Source: Pristiophorus japonicus (taxonomy: Eukaryota). Taken from it: a DNA stretch of 64,000 nucleotides. Where the stretch lies: NCBI RefSeq assembly GCF_044704955.1, contig NC_091999.1, forward strand, positions 10,478,001 through 10,542,000, given 5' to 3'. Below, one piece after another: positions 22,325 to 36,893 of this stretch (position 1 is its first letter; each line of letters begins with the position of its first letter). The notes beneath the pieces were generated by a model, which was not told where the DNA came from, searched no databases, and saw nothing but the letters and a program-made list of their open reading frames with translations. Both the position numbers and the translations under genes were made by a program.

Positions 22325-25300
22325 ATCCATATCGGCCTGAGGTCACCACCATCACAGAAGCCAGTCTTCATCCAAGTGATCTCAAGAAAAGGCTGAGCTC
22401 TCTGAAAACTGCAAAGGTTAGCGGTCCCGACAACATCCTCGTTGTCGTCCTGAAGATTTGTGATCCAGAACTCGCTGCGCCTCTAGTAAAGCTCCTCTGA
22501 TATACCTACAACATTGTGGAAAAGTGCCGAGGAATGTCTAGTCCACATAAAGCAGGACAAATCCAATCCGTCCAATTCCCAGCCCAGCAGTCCATTCTCA
22601 ATCATCACCAAAATGTTGGAAGGTATTATTAACAATGCTATCAAATGGCAATTACCCACCAATAACCTGCTCAAAGATGCCCAGTTTGCGTTCCACAAGG
22701 ACCACTCGGATCCAGACATCATTACAGCCTTGGTCGAAATATTGACAAAAGAGCTGAATTCCAGAGATGAGGTGAGAATGAAAGCCCCTGATATGAAGGC
22801 AGCATTTCACTTAGTGTGACATGAAGGAGCCGAAGGAAACGAAAATCAATGGAAATCGGAGGGGTGCTCCACCCTGGCTGGAGACATGTTCCGCAAAATA
22901 TAGATGGTTATGGTGGTTGGACGACAATCACCACAGCCCCAGGATATCACTGCAGGGGTTGCTCAGAGCAGCGTCCTAGGCTGAACCTTCTTTAGCTACT
23001 TCATCGAAGATCTTCCCTCCATGATACGTTCAGAATTGTGGAGTGTGGATATTTGCTGATGACTACACAGTGTTGAGTGCCATCGCAACTCCTCAGAAAA
23101 TGAAGCAGTCCTTGCCCAAATGCAGCAAGACCTGGATGACATTCAGGCTTGGGCTGATAAGTGAAAAGCAATAATTGCGCCACATAAGTGCCTTTGAATG
23201 ACTATCTGGAACAAGCGAGGGTATAGCCAGAACCAAATGAACTTCCTGAGGATCAGCATTGACCAGAAATCTATGGACCGACCACATAAATAACGATCAC
23301 AACAAGTGAAGGTCAGTGGCAGAGTATTGTGTGGCGACTGCACCACCTGCTGACTCCCAAAGGCACTTCCACCATCTACAAGGCGCAAATCAGAAGAGTG
23401 ATGGAATACTCCACACATTCCTGAAAGAGTGCAGGTCCAACAACATTCAATAAGTTCGATACCATCCAAGAGAAAACAGCACGTCTGATTGGCAGCCCAT
23501 CCGCCACCTTAAACATTCGGTCCCTGCACAACCGGTGCACCATGGCTGCACTGTGCACCATCTGCAATGTGCACTTCAACAACTCGCCAAGGCATCTCTC
23601 GGCAGCACAACCGAAACCCGTGAATTTACCACCTAGAATTTCAAGGGCAGTCGACAATTCCCCTCCAAGTTACACATCATCCTGATTTGGAAGTATATCG
23701 CCGTTACTTCCTCATTACTGGATCAAAACACTGGAAATCCCTCCTTAATAGTACCGTCACCACACAAGCTGATTTGGTTCACTGAGGAAGACAAAAACAA
23801 CCTTCCGGAAATACTAGGGGACCGAGGGTCTAGCGAGAAAGAGGAATTGAAGGAAATCGTTATTCGTCTGGAAATTGTGTTAGGGAATTTGATGGGATTA
23901 AAGACTGGTAAATCCCCAGCGCCTGATAGTCTGCATCCCAGATGTATTGGTCGTCATTTTCCAACATTCTATAGATTCTGGATCAGTTCCTATGGATTGG
24001 AGGGTAGCTAATTTTACCGCACTTTTTAAAATGGAGGGAGAGAGAAAACAGGGAAATATAGACCAGTTAGCCTGACATCTGTAGTGGGGAAAATGTTGGA
24101 ATCAATTATAAAAGATAAAATAGCAGCGCATTTCGAAAGCAGTGACAAGATCGGTCCAAGTTAGCATGGAATTATGAAGGGGAAATAATGCTTGACAAAT
24201 CTTCTAGAATTTTTTGAAGATGTAACTAGTAGAGTGGACAAGGGAGAACCAGTGGATATGGTCTATGTGTACATTCAAAAGGCTTTGACAAGGTCCCACA
24301 CAAGAGATTAGTGTGCAAAATTAAAGCACATGGCATTGGGAGTAATATATTGACATGGATAGAGAACTGGAAGAAAAGAGTCGGAAAAAACGGGTCATTT
24401 TCAGAATGGCAGTGAGTGACTAGTGGGGTACCGCAAGGTTCAATGCTGGGATCCGAGCTATTTACAATATACATTAATGGTTTAGACGAAGTAATTGAAG
24501 GTAATATCTCCAAGATTGCAGATGAAACTAAACCGGGTGGTAGTGTGAGCTGTGCGTGGGACGCTAAGAGGCTGCAGGCTGAATTGGACAGGTTAGGTGA
24601 GTGTGCAAATGCATGGCAGATGCAGTATAATGTAGATCATTGTGAGGTTAGCCACTTTGGTGGCAAAATCAGGAAGGCAGATTATTATCTGAATGGTGAC
24701 AGATTAGGAAAAGCGTAAATGCAACGAGACCAGAGTGTCGTGGTACATCGGTCATTGAAAGTTGGCATGCATGTACAGCAGGCAGTGAAGAAGGCATGTT
24801 GGCCTTCATAGCGACAGGATTTGAGTATAGGATCAGGGAGGGCTTACTGCAGTTGTTCAGGGCCTTGCTGAGGCCACACCTTGAATATTGTGAACAGTTT
24901 AGGTCTCCTAATCTGAGGAAAGACATTCTTGCTATTGTTGGAGTGCAGCGAAGTTTCACCAGACTGATTCCCGGAATGGCAGGACTGACATATGAAGAAA
25001 GACTGGATCGACTAGGCTTACCTTCACTGGAACTTAGAAGAAAGAGAGGGGATCTCATAGACACATATAAAATTCTGACGGGATTGGACATGTTAGATGC
25101 AGCAAGAATGTTCCCGAATTTGGTGAAGGCAAGAACCAGGGGTTACAGCAAAAGGATAAGGGGCAAGCCAATTAGGACCGAAATGAGGAGAAACTTCTTC
25201 ACTCAGAGAATTGTGAACCTGTGGAAGTCTCTACCACAGAAAGTTGCTGGGGCCAGTTCGTTAGAAACATTCAAAAGGGAGTTAAATTTGGCCCTGACGG

Positions 25301-25550
25301 CTAAAGTGATCAAGGATAATCGAGAGAAAGCAGGAATGGGACAGTAAAGTTGCATGATCAACCATGCTCATATTGCAAGGTGGTGCAAGCTCGAAGAGCC
25401 GAATGGTCTACTCCTGCGCCTAATTTCTATGTTTCTATGTTTCTATGTTTCAAGATGGCGGCTCAGCACCATCTTCTCAAGGGCAATTAGTGATGGGCAA
25501 TAAATGCCGGCATTGCCAGCGACGCCCACATCCCAAGAACGAGTAAATAT
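22325..25550 (+). mobile_element. Older CR1/L2-group LINE (RT to 3' end) split by a younger CR1 at 23781-25451
   Basis: KRLSSLKTAKVSGPDNI, KQDKSNPSN, FADD-like motif. Host sequence ggttc|aagatggcggctc resumes after the insert and ends gggcaataaatgc..cccacatccc. Confidence 0.75.
23781..25451 (+). mobile_element. CR1, 5'-truncated, nested insertion
   Basis: SGVPQGSMLG, RPHLEYC, RRNFFTQRIVNLW; (tttctatg)n tail. Confidence 0.93.
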
Positions 25551-25629
25551 AGTACGTTTCCAGCACCACGAGGAAAGAAGCATTACTGTATCTGGTTCTG
25601 GCGAATTGGTGGGCTAAGTGACCAAAGTC

Positions 25630-27850
25630 TCAGTCGGCGAAAATTTAGGTAACTCTGAACATAGCGTCATAAGTTTCAGATTCTCTCTGGATACGGACAG
25701 GGAGGAATCTAGTCTAAAGTACTTAATTTGAGGAAGGCCAATTTTAGTTGGCTGAGAGCCGATCTGGCCCCAATAAATTTAAATCAAAATTGGCTGCCAA
25801 AACTGCATCCAAACACTAGGCTGGCTTTAAAGTTGAGGTGGTTCGGTACAGTCGAGGAACATTCCCATGAGAGAGAAAGTTAGGACAACTAAAAGCACCA
25901 TTCCCTGGATGATGAAAGCGACAGAGAGTAAGTTCAAGCCGAAAAAGAACGTGTACCAGGTTGAGACTACAAGGGAGAATCAGACTGAATACAGAAAGTT
26001 CAGAGAGGAAGGGAAAAAGAAAATTAGGGGAGGAAAGAGCGAAAATGAGATTGGGTTGGCAGCTAAAATAAACGGGAATTCAAAAGTCTTCAATAGGTGT
26101 ACAAATAGTAAATGGATAGAAAGCAGAGGGGTGGGTCCAATTATCGACCATGGATGCAGAAGCTATGGCTGAGTTACTAAAGGAGTACACTGTATCGATC
26201 TTTATCAAGGAAGTAGCTGCTGCACAAGTTGTAGTGAAAGAGCACGTAGTGGAGATACTGGTTGGGATAACATTTGATCATAAGGAGGTACGAGAAAGAC
26301 GGGTTCTATTAATGTAGATATGTCACCAGGACTGGATGGGATGTATCCTTGGTGGCTGAGGGAAGCAAAAGTGCAATTTGCTGAAGTATTGGCCATAATC
26401 CTCCAATCCTTTTTGGACAGGTGGTGGTGCCAGAGGACTGAAGAACTGCAAACTTTGCACCATTGGTCAAAAAATGTTGTAAGGATAAACCCAGTAACTA
26501 CAGGCCAGTCAGTTTAACTTCGGTAATGGGGAATCGTTGCGAAACGATAATCAGGGAGAATATTAACAGTCACTTGGACAAACGTGGATTAATTAACGAA
26601 AGGCAGCACAGATTTGTTAATGGGATCTCGTGTTTAACTAACTTGGTTACGTTCTTTGATGAGGTAACATTGAGGGTTGATGAAGATAATGCGTTGATGT
26701 TTTGTACATGGAATTCAGAAAATGCGTTTGAGAAAGTGCCATGTCATAGACATGCCAGCAAAATTGAAGCCCATCGAACAAAAGTGAAAGTGGCATCATG
26801 GATACGAAATTCACTTAATGACAGGAAACAGAATAGAGGTGAATAGTTGCGTTTCAGAATGCAGAAAGGTACAGAGTTTTGTTCCCCAGGGATCGGCACT
26901 CAGACCACTGCTATTCTTGATATATATTGGTGAAATAGACTTGGGTGTGCAGGGAACTATTTCAAAACATGTCGATGAAGCAAAACCTAGAAGTGTACCG
27001 AACAGTGAGGAAGAAAGTGATGAACTTCAAGAGGACACAGGCAGGCTGGTGAAATAGGCGGACACGCGCAGTTGAAATTTAATGCAGATAAGTGTGAAGT
27101 GCTGCATTTTGGGAGAAGGAAAGAGCAATGGTGCAATTCTAAAGGGCATGCATGAATAGAGAGACATCGCAATATATCTGCAGAAATCGATGAAGCTGGC
27201 AGGATAGCTTGCGAAAGCATTTAACATAGCATACGTGATCCTCGGCCTCATAAATAGAGGCATAGACTACAGAGCCAAGCAAGCTTTGATGAACGTTTAT
27301 AACACACTGGTCCGTTCAGAATTGGTGCACTGTGTCCACTTCCGGGCTGCAAACATTAGGAAGGATGTGAAAGACTTAGAGAGGGTGCAGACAAGATATA
27401 CAAGAATGATTCCAGGGTTAACGGACTTAAGTTACGTGCATAGAACCGCAGGTTGTTCTCCTTCGAGCAGCAACGTTTGAGAGGAGATTTGATAGAGCTG
27501 TCCAAAATCATGAGGCGTGAAGCTGGAGAGAAATTGTTATCATTGGTGAAAGGTTAGATAACCAGACGACACAGATTAAGGTAATTGGCATCAGAACAAA
27601 AGGTAACATGTGAAAATATATTTTAAAGCGTATGATTAGGATCTGGAATGGTCTGCCTTGTAGGATGGTAGAAGCACATTTAATCGTGGCTTTCAAAATG
27701 GAGTCGGATAAATGCTGAAGCGAAAGTTTTGCAGGGCTGCGGAGAAAAGGCAGGGAAGTGGAACTAGCTGGAGTGCTGTTGCATACAGCCAGCAAGGACT
27801 CGACTTGACGAATGGCCTCCTTCAATGCTGTAACTCTTGTATGATTCAAT
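25630..27850 (+). mobile_element. Decayed CR1 ORF2 to 3' end
   Basis: SPGLDGMYP, NYRPVSLTS, VPQGSALRP; ctatgattc-like tail. Confidence 0.85.
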
Positions 27851-27869
27851 GATTATTGTTATTATTATT

Positions 27870-29005
27870 ATTTAAATGGCGAGAGATCAATGCTGATGTA
27901 CAGTGGGACCTGGTGTCGTTGTGCATGAAACACAAACATTTAGTATGCAGTTACAGCAAATAATCAGGAAGGCAAATGGAATGTTGACCTTTATTGCAAG
28001 AGGAATGGAGTATAAATGCAGTGGAGTCCTGCTTCAACTGTATCGGGTATCGGTGAGACCACACCTCGAGTACTGCGTACAGTTTTGGTCTCATTTAAAG
28101 AGAGATATCATTGCACTGGAGGCACTTCAGGGAAGGTTCACTAGCTTGATTCGTGAGATGAAGAAAGGTTGAGCAGGTTTGGCCTTTACTCATTGGAGTT
28201 TAGAAGACTTTGGTGGCAAAAACCCGAAGGCAGAATATTAGCTGAATAGCAGCAGATTAGGAAAAGGGGAGGTGCAACGAGACCTGGGTGTCATGGCACA
28301 TCAGTCATTGAAAGTTGGCATGCAGGTACAGCAGGCAATTAAGACGGCAAATGGCATGTTGGCTTTCATAGCGAGGGGATTTGAGTACAGCGGCAGGGAA
28401 GTCTTACTGCAATTGTACAGGGCCATGGTGAGGCCTCACCTGGAATATTGTGTTCAGTTTTTGTCTCCGAATCTGATGAAGGTCGTTCTTGCTATTGAGG
28501 GAGTGCAGCGAAGGTTCACCAGAATGATTCTCGGATGGCAGGACTGACATATGAGGAGAGACTGGACAGACTGGGCCTGCATTCATTGGAGTTTAGAAGA
28601 ATGAGAAGGGATCTCATAGAAACATATAAAATACTGACGGGATTGGACAGGCTAGATGCAGGAAGAATGTTCCCGAGGTTGGGGATGTTCTGAACCAGGA
28701 GACACAGTCTAGGGATAAGGGGTAAGCCATTTATAACCGATATGAGGAGAAACGTCTTCACTCAGAGAGTTGCTAACCTGTGGAATCCTCTACCACAGAG
28801 GTTTGTTGATGCCAGTTCGTTGGATATATATGATATATGAGTTAGATATGGAACTTAAGGCGAAAGGGATCAAGGGGTATGGAGAGTAAGCAGGAAAGGG
28901 GTACTGAGGTGTGATCAGCGATCATCTTATCAAATGGTGGTGCAGGCTCAAGGGGCCAAATGGCCTCCTCCTGCTCCAATTTGTTATGTTCTTATTTTGT
29001 TATGA
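27870..29005 (+). mobile_element. Two abutting CR1 3' fragments
   Basis: KANGML.FIARG..RPHLEYCVQF occurs twice (27903-28172 and 28272-28547). Confidence 0.85.
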
Positions 29006-29059
29006 TTTGCGAGAGAAACACAGCAAGTTGACGTGACAATGGACGATGAGATTATAAAT

Positions 29060-30110
29060 GAGTTAAATGCACTGAAAAAAGAAAGAGGGTAACTGTTAAA
29101 TAAACTATTCAAACTCAAATTGAATAAAACTTCTCATTCAGATGGATTACATCCGCGCATTTTAAAATAAACTAGAGAAGAGCTCGCAGAGGCATTACTA
29201 CACATAATAATAATTCGTTAGAACAATGTGTAGTGCCAGAGGACTTTCGTATAGTTGATTGATATGTCTATATTCAGCAGTGAGATAAAACATGTCCAGT
29301 GAACTATAGACCCATCAGCTTAGCATTAATCATCGGAAAAACTTTGGAATTGTTAATAAAGGAGAAAATAGAAGAACATCTATTCTATGATTAATCTATG
29401 ATCTTTGAAACCAAAAATATACTGTGGAATAATCAGCATGGATCCCTAAAAAGCTAAAGTCTTGATTGACCAATATCATTCAATTTTTTGAACAAGGAAC
29501 AGAGAGGAAGGACAAAACTAAAGTAGTATAAGTAATTAATCTAGATTTTCAAAAGGCCTTCGATCAGGTACCACGTAATAAACTAATGAATAAATTCATA
29601 ACATCTGGAATCAGCGACAACTAGCAGAATGGATACCGAACTTAAGTCAAGACTGAAAGCAGAGAATAAGCGTGAATGGAAGCTATCTAGAGTGTCATAT
29701 TATGGTAAGTGGTGGTCCACAATGGTTATGCTGGGACCACTGATGTTCACAGTTTATATTAACAATTTAGAATTTGTAATTATAAAAATAATTGCGACAT
29801 TTGCAGAGGTTATCAAAATGTGAGGAATATTTAGCAATGAGGAGGACTGCAACAACTTAGAAAAAAAGTTAATAAAGTTGAAGGATGGGCATATACTTGT
29901 CAAATGTAAGTCAACACAGATAAATATGCGGCTTTGCATTTTGTTCAGAAAAAAATCTCCGAGCACAAATACACAAATCACTAAAAGTCGTGACAAGGCC
30001 ATAACAAAGCAAACTAAGCAGTCAGGTTTATTTCGAGAGTAATTGAATTGAGAAGTCGGGAAGCTATGCTAACCCTGTATCTCAGCTGTTACACCAGACA
30101 TGTAGTGCTG
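29060..30110 (+). mobile_element. Old AT-rich CR1 RT fragment, resumes at about 33670-33820 after an RTE insertion
   Basis: NYRPISL, LDFQKAFDQVP, LGPLMFTVYINNL motifs. Confidence 0.75.
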
Positions 30111-30114
30111 AGTC

Positions 30115-33100
30115 TTCTTCTAAGGCAGTCCCTCGGATTCGAGGTAGATTCGCTTCCACACTAATATGAGTTCTCAGGTGACTGATGAATCCAATGCGGG
30201 ACCTACAGTTTCTGCCACACGTGGGACAGAAGGTGGTTGGAGGGATCGGTGGGTGCAATGCTTGGCTTGCCGTGCATGACTTCCGCTTTGCACTCGGCTT
30301 CCATGTACTCCCGACGAAGAGATTCGAGATGTTTGGCACCTTCGCGGATTCTTCTTCCTCACTTTGAGCAGTCTTGGGATAATGATTCCGAGGTGTCAGT
30401 GGGGATGTTGCACATTTTCAAGGAGGCTTTGAGGCTGTCCTTGAAGCGTTTCCTCTGCCCTCCTGTGACTCACTTGCCGTTTCGGAGCTCTGAGTAGATT
30501 GCTTGCATTGGGTTCAAGAATCAGGAAAGCTGACGAACTGGCCCGTCCATCAGAGCTGACCGAGTGTGGTCAATGCTTCGATGCTGGGGATGTTGGCCTG
30601 AGTGAGAGCACTGGTGTTGATACGCCTGCAAAGGATTTGCAGGATCCTGCAGAGGAAGCGTTGGTGGTACTTCTCTAGTGTTTTGAGATGCCTGTTGTAC
30701 ATAGTCCATGTATCTGAAGAATATAGGATGGCGGGTCTCACTACTGCTCTGCAGTCCATGAGCTTGCTGCCGTGTTTGAGGTCCTGGTCGTCAAACATTA
30801 TCTTGCTCAGGCGGCTGAAAGCTGCACTGGCACACTTCATTGTCGACGTCTGCCCTTGTTCACAGCAGGCTCCAGATATATGGAAAGTGGTCCACTTTAA
30901 CCACGGCACCGTCATGTATTTTGATAATCCACAGAAATACTTTGTGGTGGGGCAGGCGAGTAGAGGATATTTGTCTTATGAATATTTAGTGCAATGCGCA
31001 TATTCTGTATGCTTCAGTGAAGGTGTTGACGATGGTTTGGAGGTCGACCTCTGAGTGTGCGCAAACGCAAGCATCAATGACATAGGATGGGACGACCTCG
31101 GAGCTAGACTGGAGGTAACGGAGCTTGAATAATTTTCTGTTTGTTCTGTAGATTAGCTCCACTCCAGCGGGGAGCTCATTGAGGTTGAGATGGAACTTTG
31201 CAGCAAGGAAGATCAAGAAGAGCGTTGGTACAATGACACAGCGTTGCTTGATCCTGGTCCGTACGTGAATTGGGTCTGTGGTATATCCATTGGCCAGGAT
31301 GATGGCTTGCATGTCACCCTGGTGCAGATGGAGGAGGTGACAAAGTTTTGAGGCGAACCTGAGGAGGAAAATCCATAATCTCTTTTGGTTGACAGTTCTG
31401 AAGGGCTTTGTGAGGTCAAAAAATGCCATATACAGGGCTTGGTGCTGCTCTCTGCATCCTTCTTGAATTAGAAGAGCTGTGATGATCATGTCCATTTTAC
31501 GCATTAATGGATGGAATCCGCATTGCGACTCTGGGAGGAGTTCTTCAGCTACTTTGAGATGGTGATTGAGGAGGATTATTGCGATGACTTTCCCTGCGGC
31601 AGACAGCCGGGACACTCCTCTGTAATTACTGCAATCGGACTGGTCACCTTTCTTGAAGATGGCCACGATTACGGCATCCCTGAGATCTCCTGGCATGCTC
31701 TCCTCCTTCCAAATATGACAAACGAGTTCTTCGATTCGCACCAATTGTGCTTCTTCACCACGCTTTCGTGCTTTGGTGGGGTTTCCATCTGCTCCTGATG
31801 CCTTGTTGTTCTTCAGATATCGGATGACTTTTGAACCGGATGCCAGGCACGGCTTGTACTGAAGTCGTAGCGCATGGCACGTTGTGGGATGGACTCGAGG
31901 ACAATCACTTCAAAGACAGAATCTCGCTGAAGGAGATCTTTGAAGTGCTCTTTCCAGCGGGCACTGACTGCCTCTCTTTACTTGATGTGCAACTACTCGG
32001 CCTTGCCCTGCATTGGGGTAGAATCTTGGGTACATGGGCCATAGATGGTCTTCACTGCACTAAAGAATCCACGCACGATCTCCTGAAATTTCTACAGCCA
32101 GCACCTGTTCTTTCGGTCACAAGTTTCACGTTGGACCTCGGCCGGCAGACGACTATAGAGCTGTTTTCTTGCACACGAGTTTTATTACTGTTTCCTGTTC
32201 AGGAATGCCTGGTGCAAATTAGCTCCTGGATCTCCTGATCGTTCTCGTCCAACCAGTCTTGATGTTTCCTGGTCGAGTGACCAAGCGTTTCTTCATATGT
32301 GTGAATTATGGAGGCCTTCAGTGCAGACCACACAATGTGGTCACTCTGCGTCTCCGGATCACTGGGAATCGTCATTTTGGATGGGAGGCGCTGGATGAAT
32401 AGAGGTTTCTTCGAAGGGTCTTTGAGTGCTCCAGCGATGATTTTCGAGAGGCATCATTTCTGCTGCCGCCGCCTCTTTGGGGCTAGAGTGAAGGAAATGG
32501 CAGAGTGGATTAGGCAGTGGTCCATCCTGCAGTCATCAGCTCCTGTCATGGTGCAGCAGATGCGGACATCTTATTGATCCCTTGCTCAGATTATTACATA
32601 ACTTAGCAGATGCCAGTGTTTGGAGCGAGCATGTTGCAATGAGGCCTTGTACTTGTTTCTCTCACGGAACAAGGTGTTGGTTAAGACAAGGCCATGTTCT
32701 TAGCATTTGTTCAGCAGGTTTGAGTTGGTTTTCCATAACCCCTCTCTGGCAATTTGAGCTCCACAGAGTTATGTTTCCTTTCCAACTCTGGCGTTGCATT
32801 CGCCAAGGAAGATCAGCTTGTGGCCCGCTGGGATTCTTGTCAGGAATTGTTCAAGGCTGCAGCAGAATTTCTCTATGAACTCGTCTGTAGCTTCCAATGT
32901 TGGGGCATATGCACTGATGAATGTAACGCATTGGTACTGAGCTAGTTTGAGTCGAAGGGTCATGAGGCGTTACTTTATCCTGCAAAGGGAGTATTTAAAG
33001 ACGCCCAACTAGATCATTTTTATGGTAAAGCCTAGCCCATTGGGTATGTAAAAACGTCTGAGTGCCACGGCAGTGATATCAGTACGGCATTCCGGTCTGT

Positions 33101-33270
33101 CACTGTTGGCGTTGTCAATGAGAGACCTGATGTTCCAGGTCCCGAAAATTATTTTAAAGGATGGAAAATGGATGTGAGTGAATTCCTTTTACATTGGGTG
33201 GAAGTTGCGCAACAGCTACCATATGGGCATGACAGCGCATGGTCTTGGTCCAATAGAAAAAGAATCCAAG
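30115..33270 (-). mobile_element. RTE-clade LINE, near full ORF, disrupted
   Basis: GTWNI.SL, ISAYAPTL, DCSNYRGVS.LS, LPESQCGF, FFDLTK; C-terminal CPTCGRNCRSRIGFISHLRTH. Confidence 0.9.
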
Positions 33271-33819
33271 ACGATTGGAGACGGGGCAACGTTGCACAAA
33301 CCTGATTCAAACACACACACACATACTTCTACTCTCTTCATTCCTCCTTGCCAGTAGCCCTCTCTCCCTGGGTTTCATAGGATGCCGTGTTGGTCCGTGC
33401 TGTACATTCCCTGGGCACCGACCCCACTGCAGGTCCAGCGCTCTGCTCGGTTTGACCTCGTTCCTGGGTCAGAATTCGTCCTGGGCCTCGACCTCGCACA
33501 TGGTTCCCGACCACGCTGCACCTGTCCCAGGTTTTGCTCCTTCTGACCTCACTACTGGGTCCCGACATCACTCCATGGTCCCAAACTTGCTGCGCCGTTT
33601 CTTCCCCCTGTCCCTCTGGACCTTGCTCTTGGCCCTCAACCTCGTTCCTCCGGACCTCGCTTGACTCTGTAAAATTCTAGTCACCGCACTATAAAAAGGA
33701 ACTGGAGAGAATGCAAAAAAGATTTACAGGGGCCATACCTGAAATGCAAGGACATTCCAATCAGGAAAGGATGAACTGGCTCTTTCCTCTTGAAAACTGA
33801 AGGGTCTGTGGTGCCCTCA

Positions 33820-35190
33820 TAGAACCGTATTATACCTGAGTTTAGAATGTTCGATGGCACATGATAGATGTGATATATTCTGCATGTGAGCGACCATTAT
33901 GGGACAGAGTAAATGAAGTTGAGTTTTATGTAACTTGTGCAGTAGCTGACATGTAAATGTTTGTTGTAAACTTTCTTTTTTTATCTAATCCATGCTGTAC
34001 CTGCCTTGGAAATGTTCAATAGCACATGTTGAACTGCTTTCTTGTTCTTTTTCATTTAGTTGCTTTAAAAATTAAGTTACCCACAATCAGTTGTAGTAAT
34101 GCAGAATCAGCTCTTTATTCAAACTTCATACTTCACGAAACCAACATGAGAGCTACCGAGATACACGTGCGCGCTAGCTACTTTTGATCTACACATGATC
34201 TGATTCCCGTGTGTGCTGCTAAAATAGTGTTCTCTTCCATTTCTCAGAAAAAGATTGCCTTTGATCACTACAGTCCATGCATTCTATCATTACATCATGG
34301 TACGTCAAAGGTACATACAAATGCTAACAGAAAAAGAATGTAAACTAAGCGGACAGGCACTCAACTCTCCTGAAATTGCTTTATTGCCGCAATCAACTCT
34401 TGCCATCTAATGTATTACTGTAACACAGATGACAAAGTTGACACATTTGAATACGGCTGAATGACTCACGTTTTCTATTATCCCCTTCACCGTTCCTCTA
34501 ATTGATCTACTACCCACGTTACAACCCATGGTCAGCAGGATGCAATTTGAATATTATCCCAGATGATCTCACAGACCAAACAGAGTGCACAGCGAAGTAC
34601 TCGGGTAAAACGGACTTTCTCTCCCATGGCACAGTTTACTTTATCAGACTTTATAACACCTGCCCTCGCAATGTTTGATGGGAATGTGTAGAGGAAGCTT
34701 TACTCTCTAACTAACCCGTGCTGCAACTGCTCTATGAGTGTTTGATGTGAAATTGCATAGGGAACTTTTCTCTGTATTGAACGCATGTTATAACTGTCCC
34801 AGGTGTACTTGATGGGACAGTGCAGAGGGAGCTTTACCTTGTATCAAATGTGTGCTGCCTCTGCCTTAGGAGTGTTTTATGGGACATTATTTGAGGAACG
34901 GTGAAGGGGATAATTGAAAATGTGAGTCATTCAGCCGTATTCAAATGTGTCAACTTTGTCATCTGTGTTACAGTAATACATTAGATGGCAAGAGTTGATT
35001 ACGGCAATAAAGCAAGTTCAGGAGAGTTGAGTGCCTGTCCGTTTAGTTTTCATTGTTTTTCTGTTAGCATTTGTATGTACCTTTGACGTACCATGATGTA
35101 ATGATAGAATGCATGGACTGTAGATGGAGCTTTATTTGTTTCTAACCCCTGCTATACGTGCCCTGGGAGTGTTTGATTGGATAGTGTAGA
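33820..35190 (+). repeat. About 65-bp satellite (gatgggacagtgtagagggagctttactctgtatctaacccgtgctgtacctgccctgggagtgttt), fragmented; continues at 36895-36990
   Basis: Degenerate units at about 33820-34030, 34620-34890 and 35120-35190. Confidence 0.8.
34268..35123. repeat. 231-bp inverted repeat (34268-34498 / 34893-35123)
   Basis: Arms are reverse complements with few mismatches (ctacagtccatgcattc...ccgttcctc / gaggaacgg...gaatgcatggactgtag). Confidence 0.95.
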
Positions 35191-36893
35191 AACATAGAAA
35201 TACAGAAAGATAGAAAATAGGTGCATGAGTCGGACATTCGGCCCTTCGAGCCTGCACCACCATTCAATGATTTCATTGCTGAACATGCAACTTCAGTACC
35301 CCATTCCTGCTTTCTCGCCATAACCCTTGATCGCCTTTGTGGTAAGGACTACATCTAACTCCTTTTTGAATATATTTAGTGAATTGGCCTCAACAACTTT
35401 CTGTGGTAGAGAATTCCACAGATCCACCACTCTCTGGGTGAATAAGTTTCTCCTCATCTCGGTCCTAAATGGCTTACTCCTTATCCTTAGACTGTGACCA
35501 CTGGTTCTGGACTTCCGCAACATTGGGATCATTCTTCCTGCATCCAACCTGTCTAAACCCGTCAGAATTTTAAAAGTTTCGATGAGATCCCGTCTCATTC
35601 TTCTGAACTCCAGTGAATACAAGCCCAGTTGATCCAGTCTTTGTTGATATGTCAGTCCCGCCATCCCGGGAATCAGTCTGCTGAACCTTCGCTGTACTCC
35701 CTCAATAGCAAGAATGTCCCTCCTAGAGTTAGGAGACCAAAACTGTATACAATACTCCAGGTGTGGCCTCACCAAGGTCCTGTACAACTGTAGAAACACC
35801 TCCCTGCCCCTGTACTCAAATCCATTCGCTATGAAGGCCACCATACCATTTGCTTTCTTAATCGCTTGCTGGACCTGCATGCCAAACGACAATGACTGAT
35901 GCACCATGACACCGAGGTCTCGTTGCACCTCCCCTTTTCTTAATCTGTCACCATTCAGGTAATAGTCTGTCTCTCTGTTTTTACCATCAAAGTAGATAAC
36001 CTCACATTTATCCACATTCTACTTCATCTGCCATGCATTTGCCCACTCACCTAACCTATCCAAATCACTCTACTGCCTCATAGCATCCTCCTCGCAGCTA
36101 ACACTGCCCCCCAACTTAGTGTTCTCCGCAAATTTGGAGATACTACATTTAATCCCCTCGTCTAAATCATTAATGTACAAAGTTAACAGCTGGGGCTCCA
36201 GCACAGAACCTTGCGGTACCGCACTAGTCACTGCCTGACATTCTGAAAATTACCCATGTACGCCTACTCTTTGCTTCCTGTCTGCCAACCAGTTCTCAAT
36301 CCACCTCAGCACACTACCCCCCAATCCCATGTGCTTTATCTTTGCACATTAATCTCTTGTGAGGACCTTGTCGAAAGTCTTCTGAAAGTCAAATGCACCA
36401 CATTAACTGGTTCTCCCTTGTCCACTCTAATGGAAACATCCTCAAAAAATTCGACAAGATTTGTCAAGCATGATTTCCCTTTCACAAATCCATGCTGACC
36501 TGGACTTATCATGTCACCTCTTTCCAAATGAGCTGCAATGATATCCTTAATATTTAATTCCATCATTTTAACGACTGCCGATGTCAGGCTGACTGGTCTA
36601 TAATTCCCTGTTTTCTCTCTCCCTACTTTTTTAAAAAGTGGGGTTACATTGGCTACCCTTCATGCCATCGGAACTGATCCAGAATCTATGGAATTTTGGA
36701 AAATGACTGTCAATACATCCGCTATTTCCAAGGCAACCTCCTTAAGCATTCTAGGATGCGGGCCATCAGGTCCCGTGGATTTATCTGCCTTCAATCCCAT
36801 CAATAACCCCAACACAATTTCCCGGCTAATTAGGATTTCCCTCCATTCCTCATTCTTACTAGACCGTCTGACCTATTTTATATCCGGAAGGTA
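35190..36893 (-). mobile_element. CR1, 5'-truncated, inserted in satellite
   Basis: 240-aa open RT C-terminus (35293-36015); (atagaaac)n tail; same subfamily as 2509-5535. Confidence 0.95.
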
